Source: Hydrolagus affinis (lineage: Eukaryota). Taken from it: a stretch of 64,000 nucleotides of DNA. The notes beneath the pieces were generated by a model. The model saw nothing but the letters and a program-made list of their open reading frames with translations. It was not told the DNA's origin and ran no database searches. This document shows, in pieces, positions 52,501 through 63,100 of this stretch. The position numbers and the translations under genes are program-made. Each line of letters opens with the position of its first letter. Position 1 is the first letter of the stretch. The stretch spans positions 1 through 64,000 of the forward strand of contig JAAILG010000172.1 in NCBI GenBank assembly GCA_012026655.1, given 5' to 3'.

Positions 52501-54973
52501 TAATTGTTTTTTTAAACTTTTTTTAAAAAACTGATGGGGATGAAATGATCATGGCCAAAAGTTCTAAAACTTAGCACAAAGCCTTTCACAGCCATGATTA
52601 GGATATAAAATAGTTTTGTACAATTCAAAATTGAATTCTTTTGTTTTAGGTTCGCCCTCAACATTCGCTTGCTGGTAATCATGTTGAAGATGATGAGACT
52701 GACAGAGCAAGCAAGTAAGGAATTGTTTGAATTGTTTCATTGTGTTCACTACTTTATATTCTTGGTGCCTCTTGGAAACAAAGGACTGTTATATGTTTAT
52801 TTTGTAGCCTCAATTTAGCCTCCCATACATCCCAAACTCAGCACAAATCAAGATTTGAACTATCGAGCTGGGTCCACAAGCTGAAGCTGCATCCATAGCC
52901 GCATTGGAGTTGTACATTTAAACTTGTATACCACTACAGCTGGTGCGAACAAGCAGTGTCAGACTGCCTCCATGAGGTTGTCTCGCACAGCTTCTCTGCA
53001 CAGATATTGGGCTCATTAAATCTGCAACTTGTGCCATCTGTAATCGAGCCAGTGCAAACTCTATACTTTGAGCAACCTGGGAGCTTTTTTACTGAAGACT
53101 TTAGCAAACGTTCGTATCAGAGAATTAAGGTATCACAATATTTCATCGTGTTGTATGGAGTAATGCCAAATTGCCACTTATACTTAATTGTACTAAATCA
53201 TTTCGTATTGGAACTTAATGTTTGATGCAAACAGTTTTGTGTATTAATGTTCAGTCTGAATTAGTTGTTTAAAAAAATTAAGATTTTCAACAATTGTTTG
53301 TACCTTGGCATTTAATGTGCAAGTCTGTGTTTAGATTCCTTCTAATTTCCATCAGAGAATGGGTGTTTTTGGTGTGCCAGTATAAAAAGAATATGCATCA
53401 ATGCTGACCTCTACTGGTTTGAAAATATCAAACTGCATTTATATTAGTCCTGAATGTTTTCCTGAGTATTGATTCTGAGTAATATTGATTCTTGAACTAC
53501 TCAATAGTTCAAATTGACTATTTGGAAATGAATACTACAGGTTTCAGGTCATTCGGCCACTTTGAGATTCATAAACCCTTCTTCTGTAATGGCAACATTC
53601 AAGAATTTACAGATAACCATTTTATATCCATGCCACTAATTGGCAACAATACACAGTTTCACTCAGGAATGTGGCAGAGGAAAATGGAAACAACCACACA
53701 CTGGTGGATTGGAGCATCACTTTCCTGAGGTTAAAGAAACAGCACATTGTTGAAGCCAAGTGAACCTCACCATGCTGTATCTGAAGAGTGTTTGATGGTG
53801 ATGCTCGCTGCTGAAACTAAAAGTATTCTTGTTCATTGGATGACATTTCTGATGTGCCTCTTGCAGCCCTTAATAGAATATCGTTTTATTCTTCACATCT
53901 CTTAGGGTATCTTCAGAAGACAGTGGAGAAGTATCTGCATACATTGATGATAGTGATGATTCTGAACAGATGGATCTCGAGTCACAATATCCAGGCCAAA
54001 TGGATCTACTCGGAGAAATTTTAGATACACTCAGTACAACCAGCTCAGAGCAAGGGAAACTATATGCTGCAAAGAGCCTAGATTTCTTCAAATCAATGGA
54101 TGATATCAATTATAAAGCTAGCGTAAGTGCTCTGTATTGCTGTTCTTGTCTGCATACACAGTTAAACCTTCAAGAGCAATAGAATTGATGTTCAGGTTTT
54201 ATTGTAAATGTTCAAAGATGACACAATAATCGTTTGTGTTAGAGATTTAAATTGTCACTTAATTATAGGAATTAATGGGTCTTCCCTATGTTTCGACATT
54301 GTATTTCTGGTCTTGACCATACATCCATATACTGTACATCTATAGAAAACTTGGGATTTGTTATCATTAATAACTCTGTTTCTTGTGTATTTTGCTTTAG
54401 AACAAATCCAATACTCCCAGTGAAGGAAATCTGGCTGAACTTGGTATAAAGGATGGAAGCCATTTGGACTGGCACTTAGGACAAGATGACACTGTGGTCC
54501 ATAGAAAGCCTCTTCCCCCATCACCAAGAAAACCACCTTGTTTTGCTCAAAGTTCAGTCACACTTGAAACAAAACCTGGTAAAAATTCCTGTGTTTTTGC
54601 TGAAGATTTTACAGACTTTACAACAACCCTTGTAGACTCATCATTGTCCTCAATTTCAACGGCAACAGTTGCATGTGGTATAGAATCCAAGAAGGAAGAG
54701 AAAATATCACCTAAAGTAAAGGAACAAAAACAAACACTAACCAGTGCAGACAGTACCTCTGAGCAACAATGTCCAGAAGTGAAAGTAAGATACCCATCAG
54801 TTCTAATTCCTTGGGAGAAAGAAGATTCTCAAATTGAATTGAAAGATGACTCAAATGAATTAGATCTAAATGATATACTGAAAGAAATTGACTGTTTGTG
54901 TTCTAATTTTGAAACAGGTCAACACATCTCCAGTGATAGTTCTTCCACTGCTAACAGTGAAAGCAAAGTGTAG
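1447..54973 (+). CDS. DENND1B: DENN domain-containing protein 1B (connecdenn 2, Rab35 GEF); 5'-partial spliced gene, 14 coding exons in window
   Basis: Manually spliced exons: 1447-1557, 11610-11710, 15456-15501, 19154-19255, 25250-25375, 31597-31698, 33224-33314, 33786-33826, 34476-34544, 35091-35147, 35709-35828, 52650-52714, 53906-54122, 54401-54973. All are AG/GT bounded with compatible phases and form one open frame of 606 aa. 1B-type motifs: [47 protein letters not shown]. Confidence 0.95.
8440..8890 (+). mobile_element. Old degenerate CR1 LINE ORF2 remnant
   Basis: gaaaaggatttgggagtg (EKDLGV) and gtggttaggccacat (VRPH) in CR1 order. Confidence 0.55.
11610..11710 (+). CDS. DENND1B: DENND1B exon: [33 protein letters not shown](C)
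   Basis: ttccag|TTA ... TG|gtaagg; 101 nt; DENN signature [14 protein letters not shown]. Confidence 0.96.
11928..12446 (-). mobile_element. L2 LINE 3' fragment (ORF2 C-terminus plus tail)
   Basis: Minus-strand peptide [42 protein letters not shown]; tail gaaaggcgctctataaatgtaattt(tgt)n; similar to 39219-39931. Confidence 0.88.
12881..12933 (-). mobile_element. Isolated L2 3' tail
   Basis: (caa)n aattacatttatagagcacctttcatgtcgggaggatg, nearly identical to the tails at about 11930 and 39219. Confidence 0.75.
15456..15501 (+). CDS. DENND1B: DENND1B exon: (C)[15 protein letters not shown]
   Basis: Polypyrimidine tract cccag|T GCC ... GAT|gtaagt; 46 nt, completes the phase-2 codon. Confidence 0.95.
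16814..17670 (-). mobile_element. SINE 3' half interrupted by a MITE
   Basis: Tail runs 16814-16887 (...cttcacagaatata) and resumes at 17629 (tactgtgaagtggattgactgtatattagtgggc). Confidence 0.85.
16888..17628. mobile_element. Non-autonomous Tc1/mariner (pogo/Tigger-like) MITE, family A copy 1
   Basis: TA|caatagaagcccgtttatccg ... ggataaacggcttctaatg|TA; collinear with 47148-47852. Confidence 0.9.
19154..19255 (+). CDS. DENND1B: DENND1B exon: [34 protein letters not shown]
   Basis: aaacag|AAA ... GTC|gtaagt; 102 nt. Confidence 0.95.
21650..21760 (-). mobile_element. Old DeuSINE fragment
   Basis: aacatggcagccaatttgtgcagagcaagatcccataaaca is the reverse Deu core. Confidence 0.65.
25250..25375 (+). 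CDS. DENND1B: DENND1B exon: [42 protein letters not shown]
   Basis: atttag|ATC ... CCC|gtgagt; 126 nt. Confidence 0.96.
25418..25592 (-). mobile_element. SINE 3' half
   Basis: atccttgcatttgatgcagc...cttctagacgtctcaaactgcttcacagaatatact. Confidence 0.8.
25893..26525 (+). mobile_element. Long DeuSINE, interrupted near its tail by a CR1 3' end
   Basis: Head ctcagtggcagcactcttgcccctgagtcagaagg; core aaaccgagg...aaagatcccatg...ggtgtcctggccaaca; tail resumes at about 26484 (gctatatcaaatgt). Confidence 0.8.
26297..26450 (-). mobile_element. CR1 LINE 3' end
   Basis: Reverse of gcacagactagatgggccgaatggcctcctt...(attctatg)n; same tail as 39028-39090. Confidence 0.8.
26885..27146 (-). mobile_element. 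Near full-length tRNA SINE
   Basis: Ends gtgctcttaccactgagctacaggacttc (reverse A box); body matches 52139-52447. Confidence 0.88.
27150..27260 (-). mobile_element. CR1 ORF2 C-terminal fragment
   Basis: ggcagcgagttccaga...gtgtgaagtagttcctcct encodes RRNYFTQ...WNSLP on the minus strand. Confidence 0.6.
28816..29734. mobile_element. Non-autonomous Tc1/mariner (Tigger-like) element, family B
   Basis: TA|caagtatcccgccccaactgtgg ... ctgcggttgcggagggataccta|TA; imperfect TIR; ccaacc(g/a)cg subterminal repeats. Confidence 0.8.
29170..29438. repeat. C-rich minisatellite, unit about (cacctacac)ccccaccctccgtgt, 18-24 bp
   Basis: About 10 visible units; source of the spurious Pro-rich ORFs. Confidence 0.9.
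31597..31698 (+). CDS. DENND1B: DENND1B exon (dDENN): [34 protein letters not shown]
   Basis: ttgcag|GGA ... CAG|gtaaag; 102 nt. Confidence 0.95.
32520..32632 (-). mobile_element. SINE 3' tail fragment
   Basis: (aat)n tcttgcatttgatatagtgc...cacagaatatactgtaaagtgaattgactg. Confidence 0.85.
33224..33314 (+). CDS. DENND1B: DENND1B exon: [30 protein letters not shown](G), with an FxDxF motif
   Basis: ttttag|TTT ... G|gtgaga; 91 nt. Confidence 0.95.
33786..33826 (+). CDS. DENND1B: DENND1B exon: (G)[13 protein letters not shown]
   Basis: ttacag|GA ... AAG|gttaga; 41 nt. Confidence 0.92.
34476..34544 (+). CDS. DENND1B: DENND1B exon: [23 protein letters not shown]
   Basis: ttgcag|AAA ... TTT|gtaagt; 69 nt. 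Confidence 0.94.
35091..35147 (+). CDS. DENND1B: DENND1B exon: [19 protein letters not shown]
   Basis: ttcaag|GCT ... AAG|gtacat; 57 nt. Confidence 0.93.
35709..35828 (+). CDS. DENND1B: DENND1B exon (divergent linker): [40 protein letters not shown]
   Basis: gcatag|GAA ... AAG|gtaaga; 120 nt, open, phase 0-0; position matches the mammalian ENEEDY... segment. Confidence 0.82.
38103..38121 (-). promoter_or_regulatory. Candidate CTCF site
   Basis: Minus strand TGACCACTAGATGGCACAA matches the core CCASYAGRKGGCR exactly. Confidence 0.6.
38900..39090 (+). mobile_element. CR1 fragment: RT segment fused to the 3' tail
   Basis: tggcagaagaaattcaatgagggcaaatgc ([10 protein letters not shown]), then ggcacagactagatgggtcgaatggcctcc and attctatgattctatga. 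Confidence 0.75.
39219..39931 (-). mobile_element. L2 LINE 3' fragment
   Basis: [30 protein letters not shown] and [29 protein letters not shown]; L2 tail at 39219. Confidence 0.9.
40615..41050 (+). mobile_element. Old long DeuSINE
   Basis: Collinear with 25893-26290 (cctctgagacagaa, tcctggtcaacaatt, tgctgtgcacaatt, aagtgctttgag). Confidence 0.7.
42439..42745 (+). mobile_element. Full-length tRNA-derived SINE (about 305 bp)
   Basis: ggagtcctgtagctcggtggttagagc (A box), gttcgaatcc (B box), Deu-like core, (tta)n tail. Confidence 0.92.
42820..43120 (-). mobile_element. Old DeuSINE, inverted
   Basis: caatttgtgcaca...gaccaatt...acactggaagaaactacccgctctt. Confidence 0.6.
43133..43338 (+). mobile_element. 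5'-truncated tRNA SINE
   Basis: actccacacgcctaataa...gcgctatatcaaaatgcaaagattattattatt. Confidence 0.88.
43494..44153. mobile_element. Non-autonomous hAT element, copy 1
   Basis: TIR tagggtcc...ggacccta; 8-bp TSD gttagcac/cttagcac; many atatcg subterminal repeats. Confidence 0.88.
44930..45240 (-). mobile_element. Old DeuSINE, inverted
   Basis: cacaggatctttaacatccatct...ggatggcatctc...ggcttgaacccacaaccatctgact. Confidence 0.7.
46718..46862 (+). mobile_element. CR1 ORF2 C-terminal remnant
   Basis: aggaagtcattctttacccagagggtaattaac ([11 protein letters not shown]). Confidence 0.6.
47148..47852. mobile_element. Tc1/mariner MITE family A copy 2
   Basis: TA|cagtaaaagcccatttatccg ... cggataaacgggcttctactg|TA; 21-bp TIR. 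Confidence 0.92.
52139..52447 (-). mobile_element. Full-length tRNA SINE, inverted
   Basis: (aat)n tail through gagtgctctaaccactgagctacaggactcc. Confidence 0.92.
52650..52714 (+). CDS. DENND1B: DENND1B exon: [21 protein letters not shown](K)
   Basis: ttttag|GTT ... AA|gtaagg; 65 nt; ends like mammalian DDDIERASK and supplies the phase 2 needed by the next exon. Confidence 0.85.
53906..54122 (+). CDS. DENND1B: DENND1B exon: (K)[72 protein letters not shown]
   Basis: tcttag|G GTA ... AGC|gtaagt; 217 nt; overlaps ORF 53970-54182; DLL clathrin-binding-type motif. Confidence 0.95.
54401..54973 (+). CDS. DENND1B: DENND1B last coding exon: [14 protein letters not shown]...WHLGQDD...LPPSPRK...PWEKE...SESKV*
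   Basis: ctttag|AAC; in frame with ORF 54464-54973; TAG at 54971-54973. Confidence 0.93.
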   Translation, partial: NKSNTPSEGNLAELGIKDGSHLDWHLGQDDTVVHRKPLPPSPRKPPCFAQSSVTLETKPGKNSCVFAEDFTDFTTTLVDSSLSSISTATVACGIESKKEEKISPKVKEQKQTLTSADSTSEQQCPEVKVRYPSVLIPWEKEDSQIELKDDSNELDLNDILKEIDCLCSNFETGQHISSDSSSTANSESKV

Positions 54974-57900
54974 TGAAGTTGCATTGCTGGAGTTGTTTTT
55001 AATAAATTTTAAGTGAAATACAAAAGATTGACTGTCGTACCTAGGGATGGAGTTACTAAAATGTTTAAGTTTAAAAATAAGAAGGTTGAACCGCACTGCT
55101 TTGCTGATAATAGACCAAATGCAAATTGTCTTTACAGTTTAAACTGCTCGTGCCACAGGGCGAAAAGTGATTGCTAATTCAGAACAGCTATAGCCATTTG
55201 GATTGAATGTTTGACAAGAAAATTTATTAGCATAGAAGTGCAGTAGTATCTATGCAATGTAACAAAACCATTGTTGGGGGACTAGGTTAGCACTGGCCTG
55301 AGATGGTTTAAATCCTGCCCAAATGGATTAGATCGAAGTCTCCTCTGTCTGTTGATCCTGCCTGAAATGCTCTTGTGTCAACTCAGCACAGTTTCTTGTC
55401 GTTGTTTGTGAGCTCAAAAAGTAAAAACTGCCAAGTATTGGGCTCAAAGGGGCAATCTCATCGTTAGAGGCCAAGGGAATTGAAAACTCTCACAACAGTA
55501 CTGGAAGTGCTCTTTTTAGTTTGTGGTTTAAGGGTGTTGTTGGGACAAAGTGGAGAGAGCTTTGCTGTGCGTCCAACAAACCCAATTTGGATCTGTTTGA
55601 TGCTGACACTGATGGTCTTAAATGATCTTATTCAGTTCCCAGGACTAGCATCACTCATCTTGATGGTCGTAGGAATGCAATGAAAGTTGTGCTCAAATGC
55701 CAAAAGAATATGTTTTGAGAAAACATTTTTATAATACAGTATGTATATTGCAGTACCATGGTAGGGTTGGTAACTATTAAATTAGGCTAACAAAGTAAAT
55801 CAGTATAGTTCACATTGTTTCTTGCTGTTAGATTATAATGCATGCTCTTTACATGCTTGCAGAGTAAAGAATGAATGAAAATTAGTTTGTGGATTGTACA
55901 TGTTAGAACCACTTTAAATGGGCGTTATAATAACTGTCATGCATTTTTTTTTCAAAAGCCCTCTTCTTCCTCTTTTCTCCTCAGTGCAAAAAATATCTGG
56001 AAACTGAATCCTCTTAATCATTTGAATGCAGATGTATATGATTTACAAATATTTATAAATGGATTGAAAACTAAAGCCAAATGATCAAGGGCATTCAGTT
56101 ATTGTAAGGTTGCTGCCTTAAAAAAACATAAAAATCAGAGTCCTCCAAAATCAACATAAGGTGTTCCTAAATAAGATAATTAGTGCTATTTAATAAGATA
56201 TTCAGAGTTCAGACATTATTGCTAATCTGAAAATGTTTGAAATCATGTCATTAAGCAATAAGTATCAGAAATGGAGATGTAAAGGGGAAAGAACATTTCT
56301 TATGGAGATAATGCATTTTATTTAATCAACCATCTGTTGGAACCAGTGATGATTTATTAAATCCATGTCTTCCAAAATAAATTGAACAATTTTTTTCCTC
56401 CAAAGCCATTAAAGATGGTTCATTTGAACCTTTTTTTGTGCAACACTTTCATCGTTGGAACAGTTTTGAAACTTTGACCGACTTTATCATTGTCCTCGCA
56501 TTTCCGGGCTACATTCAATGTCCTATCTCCTCTTGGTTGATGTAAATGTTTTGTATTGAACAAAAGTTTAACATGCTGTAACTGTTATGTGTGAACTAAT
56601 GTGTTTAGAATTTAGCTAATATGCCTTTTGCATCATGTAAATAGCAACTAACACTGGGATAGATATAAGGGATTAAAAACCATGTACTTTTGGTACTCCT
56701 GGTTGAAAATGGTACCTTAATGTATGTAAAGAAAAGGTTAAATTAATTTTAGGACAGATAACATCTTCACAAACCAGATAAATCCAGTAACTAGTGCTAC
56801 ACTAATGTTTAATATATTTTATATTCAGATAACATTGTGGTAACTTACTGATAATTTTTTTTAAACTAAAGTCTTGCACTCTCTTTGTGGTACTGAGGCA
56901 TGCAATATATTTTTGATCCTCTTCATCTACCCTGATTATTTTCTGTTGTCAATTTAATTGGTATTAATGAACTCCATTTTATATATATTATATAATATAT
57001 ATAAAATATGTATAAAGTAAATATTTCTAATTGGTTTTGAACTTTATCATACCTGATATTGCTGTGTTGTGAAGGCTGGAACATGTGCCTTAAAGGAAAC
57101 AAAATTATGTTGGTACTGATTTTTATTTTGGAAACTGGAGCAAGACACAGCATATGTAATGTATGTAAATAGGGTGACATGCACTATGTTAAGTTACAAT
57201 GCTGCCATCATTGTTAGACTGTACTGTATATCCAAGCATAAAATAGCACAGGAATTTTAATTGATATGCTAATTAATCACTTTCCAAAAATTCGGATTGA
57301 CCTATGTAGGTTCTTTTAATAATTAATGATTAAATCAGGCTAACTGATTACCTTTTGTTCAAGTACCAGATTTTTTGTCTTTGGTTCAGAGATTTTAGAA
57401 ACAAAATTGAAATGCAGCCTTGGATGGTACCCAGAGTGGATATTATCATTTTTCAAATGATCTGTGCAATATGAATTTCAATTTACAATTTAATTGTTTC
57501 CAGGTATTGCTGTTAAGCTTTTGAATTTTGTTTTTCTGGAAAAATAACACCTTAAACCTCAATTGTATGTAGTTTTGAACGAGTTGTTACAGCAATGAAA
57601 CTTGTGGCATTTTAACTAGCGGTGAAAGTAATGAAGTGAAGAGGTCATTCTTTGTGCGATTGTGAATAACAATTCATGTAGAATAGTAGTAATCTATGAA
57701 TATTAGTGTGTTCCACTATTGCCATAATGCATATTTTATTTAATCCATCATAAACTCACCATATTCTTGCAGCTGCTTTCAAATGTAGTTGATGTTACTT
57801 TGTTGGTCCATGAATGCACTGTGTTGTTAGACTCTGTTTTAAACTAAGAGTGTTCCATTTAAGTGTTGCCCATTCTTGTTCCATTACTATTTCTATGTTT

Positions 57901-58330
57901 GTCTATTATTTTGAATGAAATCTTTCACTTGTGGATAAAAATTCTGCTCAGTGTTTTCATGCATTCTGTTTTAAACGATTATGAAACTAAAAGAAACTCC
58001 CATTAAAGGCTGACATCAAACCGAGGGCTGCGGATAGGACGGTGAATGGAATTGTTACTCACTCATAATCATCACTTTGCAGAATCATTTTTTTCTACAA
58101 ATGTTTACCTGATCGTTTAAACATGTTTTTCATTGCTTCATTGAGTAATAGAATCCATGCATGTCATTCTCATCTTAATTTGTTTATCTTTATGCTGTAT
58201 GTTTAACCAACATGTGTCTAAGATTCTGTACTGTAGAGTACTAAATGCCTCTTAATGTTATATCCCAATGAAATCACATTTTAAAACAAAAAATGCTTCA
58301 GGAATCTAATAAAATGTTTTAAAATGTTAT
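54974..58330 (+). other. Probable long 3' UTR of DENND1B; candidate polyA signals AATAAA at 55001-55006 and 58308-58313
   Basis: AT/U-rich, nearly free of young repeats after the stop; Pumilio-type TGTAAATA at 57164-57171; the end point is inferred. Confidence 0.45.
55276..55600 (+). mobile_element. LF-SINE-like ancient SINE in the 3' UTR
   Basis: ggtttaaatcctgccc (B-box-like), ctcagcacagtttctt, ggcaatctca...agaggccaagg and tgggacaaagtggagagagc follow the recalled LF-SINE consensus in order. Confidence 0.55.
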
Positions 58331-59775
58331 TTGGCCTTTGAAGCTGAACATTAAATTGTCGTTAATGAACTAAATCTCTATAAAGCCCTGTGCCAGTTTT
58401 TATTTCCAGTATTTTCTGTGGAAACTTTGTAGGAGAGACCATTCATCTTCATGAAAATTAACACAATACAATTTTATGTGATGCCTTATTCTGGTTATTC
58501 TACTCCATTCAAATATTACAGCAACATCTGGATTGCAAAGGCCTGACTTTAATTGATCATGGAAATTCTCTGCGATGCCTGTGTTTTCACACATCGCTAA
58601 CCAGTCTTGGCAATTCTGACTGTTCTGTTCAAATATTAACTCGAGCTCTTGGTAGCGCGAATATCTCCGAAATTCAGAATATCCGAATTTGACATGAAAT
58701 AAGTGACCATTTTGGCACAGCAAATATAGACTGTTACACAAATTTGGATTGTTGATCTTTTTTGGTTATTGTTATTGAGAGTTGTCCAAGCTGCTGTGTA
58801 ATACTAAGGGAAACTGTACAACATTGACTGAAGAAAGTATTCTTCAGACTTTGCAGAGCTGTGCTTTGCCTTTGCCAAACAATAAAATTTCAATTTTATG
58901 TTGCTCCTGTGCCTCGTGTTTCATATTTCGACATTGTACAGATTCTGAATCATATTTCAAATTGCAAATTGGAATGGAAACTGTCATTGTTTTATTTCAT
59001 GGGCATGCTGTTGTCACTAGATTATGAATCTACCCTGACTGACTGATTTACCAATTAATCCCAGAATCACAAAGTGCTCAAAATTGCTGAAGAAGGAATG
59101 CTTTAACCATTGGCATAGAAAATAGGTGAGAACTGGTCACAGCAGCTAAATGAAGAGATGGGTGAGTGATGCAATCAAAGGAGCACCACTGGATTATCCA
59201 TTAAACTGAGCTAGAAGCCTTCTTTAATTTGGCTTGCAGCACAAGAGAAGGCAACCACCGGCTGGTAAGAAATCCTTCAATGAAAACATCTGCTTAGTAC
59301 AATGAAAATAGTAGTCATTCATGCGGAACAAAAATAATGGCACAAGTTTAATTTTTCAATTCTTTGAAATCTTAAACTACTTTATTTCTTGTATTTTAGC
59401 CAATTACAACACAAAGCAAGTAAAATGTGAGTGTCAGTTAGATCAAACAATTCCTTTCTGTATTGTTACAGATTAGCACAACAACATACTCCCAACAAAT
59501 ACTATTCCTTGTACAGTACATGAATAATATGGAACATTTTATTTTTCTCCACAGTATATTTACATTTAATCAACTGTTCTAAACAGAACTATATATACTA
59601 CTATATACTGTGTGTATAATATATATTACTAACAATTCTAATTATGACAAGTACAAGGTAAAAACAAAAATTCTTAAATATAACAGTCAGAAATGCTTTT
59701 CAGCACAATTGTGTAAAAACATTCTTGGGGGTAATTGGCACTTTGCACGGAAATGAAAATATTATTGGTATGCTG

Positions 59776-60189
59776 TAGGGTCCGTCGATATGGAAATTTT
59801 CCAATATCGATATATCGGTGGACTCGTATCGATATATACCGATATATCAATATTTCCGCGGGGTTTTATACTGCGCATGCGTGCGCATTCGGAGGTAGGC
59901 GCGCATTCCGGTGTGCGCGCGCATTCAGACATGCGCGCGCATTCCGATATGTGTGCGCATTCCGTGCTCTAGGCCCAGGAGGTTTGCAGTGCCGGCGACA
60001 AGATAAGTTGGAAAAGTTTGCATTATACCGATAATACCGATATATCGCCGAAAACGATATACCGATATTTACGATATACCATTTTTTTTTATATCAAATT
60101 TTTCGATATATCGATATATTTTAAATTCTGATATCGGCATATCGATATGAAAAATTATATCGATATAACCGATATATCGCCGGACCCTA
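59776..60189. mobile_element. Non-autonomous hAT element, copy 2 (opposite orientation)
   Basis: tagggtccgtcgatat...atatcgccggacccta; TSD gtatgctg/gtatggtg. Confidence 0.9.
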
Positions 60190-63100
60190 GTATGGTGGTT
60201 AAAATTAATTGCAAAGCTTTTAAGTCACTTAATAGGTGACTTAATAGGTGATAGCTTTTAAGTCACTCATCGTATCATTTGAGTACCCAGATTCATGACA
60301 ATTACAGTATCACAAAATTGGGTTCAGAAAATTGCTTGATATTTTAAATAACCTTTCAAATACCAAAGGATTTCCATGCCAAAATGTACAAAAACATTCC
60401 ACAATCTTTCCTAAATCTTAGAATACTGTAAAGAAAGTTTATTTCTAATCCTTTATCTCTCAATGCAGGTTCCTACAGTTCTGTAGAATAGTATTATTAT
60501 TTGTGTGACACAGAAATTATTTCAGGAAGAATTCTGAATTAACAAGATGATGGGGAACGCGAGAAAAAGGAACTAAGGGAGAGAGTTTGGATTTATATAA
60601 GCATTTTAAAAATGTTATTGTTAATTCAGATTTGAATTGTATTCTCAACTTTTACAGTTCTGCTTGTATTCACTGGTGATTCTGTGCAGCTTCTTATGTA
60701 TTTCATAAGGTATTTCAAGTTAGGCCAACCTTGTACATCAATCCAAAAATATTAAAGGTGAATGAAGTCTTTAATATTCCTTGCTTTATGCTCATCGTGG
60801 TAGTCATATTTTAATGTTTAGATCGTTTGGGTTGCAAGTATTAAAAAATCATTTTGCCAGTTAAGAATTCAAACAAAGATTTTTAACTTAAATCAAAGCA
60901 GGCACAAAAACAAATGATGTGCTCACTCTCTGTCAATTCACATATCTCTTTCCTCAATGACCGATTCTTCACAACGCTATTGTCATTTCACAAATTTACT
61001 CATTCACTATTCTAATTTATCCAGTTTCATTCTTCCTCATATTTTATCACAGGAGATTTTAAGAATGCAGATCCTTCAACGCATTTGATCTTATCCTTAA
61101 CAATTACAAACCCAGGCATCTTCCCGTTACAGTCAAGCATTTCATAAGTAATGGTTCCATATCAATCTTTTTTCACCACTGCTGTAGCTTGTCTGTGTTT
61201 AGGTGCATGTTCCTCCCACCTCTGTTCCCAAGGCTTTCATCCTCTCTCACTTGCATCTTTACCAATTTTCTGCTTTAGTTTGAAAAGTATTTCTTATCTC
61301 TTGATCCAAATTGAATGTATCATCCTATTTTTCAATCTTTGAAATGATCTTTTGATGTAGAAGAATGGAATATGCTAATCAATACACCTTGACTAAATAG
61401 TGAAATGTGAATTTAAGGGTTCATGACCAAATGATTCATCTTTAATTTAGAAAAATTTATAATTTCACCGATTTCTTTTCTCAAATTTGCGGGTTAGGAA
61501 ACATAAAATACCATTTGGGAAAAGGTAAATGGTAGCATTGGGCATGGCAAGCTGGTAGTGTTTACAGAGAACGAAAATAACAAGCTTCTTCGGGAATATA
61601 ACAGATTGATGTAGGTACTATTTGTGGACAAGAATCATTGAACAGAACATTAGTGCATGTGAGTCAAAGAAGATCCAGGAGGCAGGATTTAGAACCTGCA
61701 AACAAGAAGAGATGGTTGGAAAATACTACCTAAGGCCAGGAGGAGGTTAAGCTGAACAGCTGTCTTACAGGCACAAAATAGTCATTTGTAGGTATGCAGC
61801 GACTTGAGGCTTGAAACCCCTGTGGGCAAGGAGATCAGACAGGTTGCAGGGATTACAAGACTTTGACAAGAAGAGGCCAAGCATCTGTAAAGCAGAGTTG
61901 AGTAAGACTTCTGTGTCAGATTCTGCTGAATGTTGTTGCAAACTGAAATTATTAATACTGTACTTTATTTTCTGGAAAAGAAAATGGGTAAAGCAGAATG
62001 GATTTTACAGTAAAGCTCCAAACTTTCCAACTCAAAAAATTAAAAACAAATCACTTTCTCTGCTGGCTTTCATCAATCCCAGTTCAGATATTGTAAGCAA
62101 ATTGCCATTGTACATTCAATGCAGTATATATATCCTGCGATAAAACTATTCATCTTACTGGGACCTTGTGAGTGGAGATAGATGAACTCCTGAAATAACA
62201 CGTTAGATGGTACCTGATCATTTGGATTTTACTTCACATTACCCTTTTTGGGGTGAAACACATATTTTAGATAGATCTTTAAATGTAATAGAAATGATCA
62301 TAACTCTATACAAAGCACACCATTCAAACTTATGTATTCATCCATAGTTATGTAAATGACTACCTCACAAAATGTTACTGTAATTAAATTTGGTTTGAGA
62401 ACGCTTCTAAACAAGAAAAATGCTGTTTTCGCTAAATAGAAAATATGTTCGCAGATTATGGGCAAATTATTTCACCTGTTTCTAAATTGTTTCTTCTCCC
62501 AAATAATTCTTCAGTCTAAAAATTGAATTTTGCTGGTGATTGAGAGGTTTGAGACCTTGCAGTGAAGTATGTTCGAGTATTTATCAGGTTCAGTCAATTT
62601 ATGATGTGGATTTTGACTTCAATTATGTAAATGACATGGCTGGCAGTAAAATACAGTGACCAACAGCCTTGCCTGCTCCAAAAAATGTCACTAATTTAAC
62701 TAACTAGTTGTGTCAAAGTACAGTCAGTATAACATAGCAAAAGACACACAATTTTGTATAAATGTAAAGGTCTGTCAGAATGATGAACAAAATCTGCATA
62801 GAAAGGCTTGTTTTACAACACTGCAAGCTCTGAAACTTGGGATTGAGTTCACATGCCAAATTTCATTTTCAGCACAGATTCTAGAACCAGCAATCACAGT
62901 GAAATGCTATTTTGACAAATATTGCATTGAACAGTTCAATTGGAATAAGTATGAATACTGAACTAACAATGGGCAGAAGGAAGTGACTAACAGTGAAGGG
63001 ATATATACTTCACAACCTCAGCAACCTCAGCAAAACACGTGCCATCTTTTTAAATTGTTCTTAGACCAAATGTGTTCAAAAAATCTTTCAGACATTTCCA

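Noticed and set aside
1447-54973. Calling the gene DENND1A or DENND1C
   Set aside because: The C-terminal exons match DENND1B and lack the long DPF/proline-rich tail of DENND1A.
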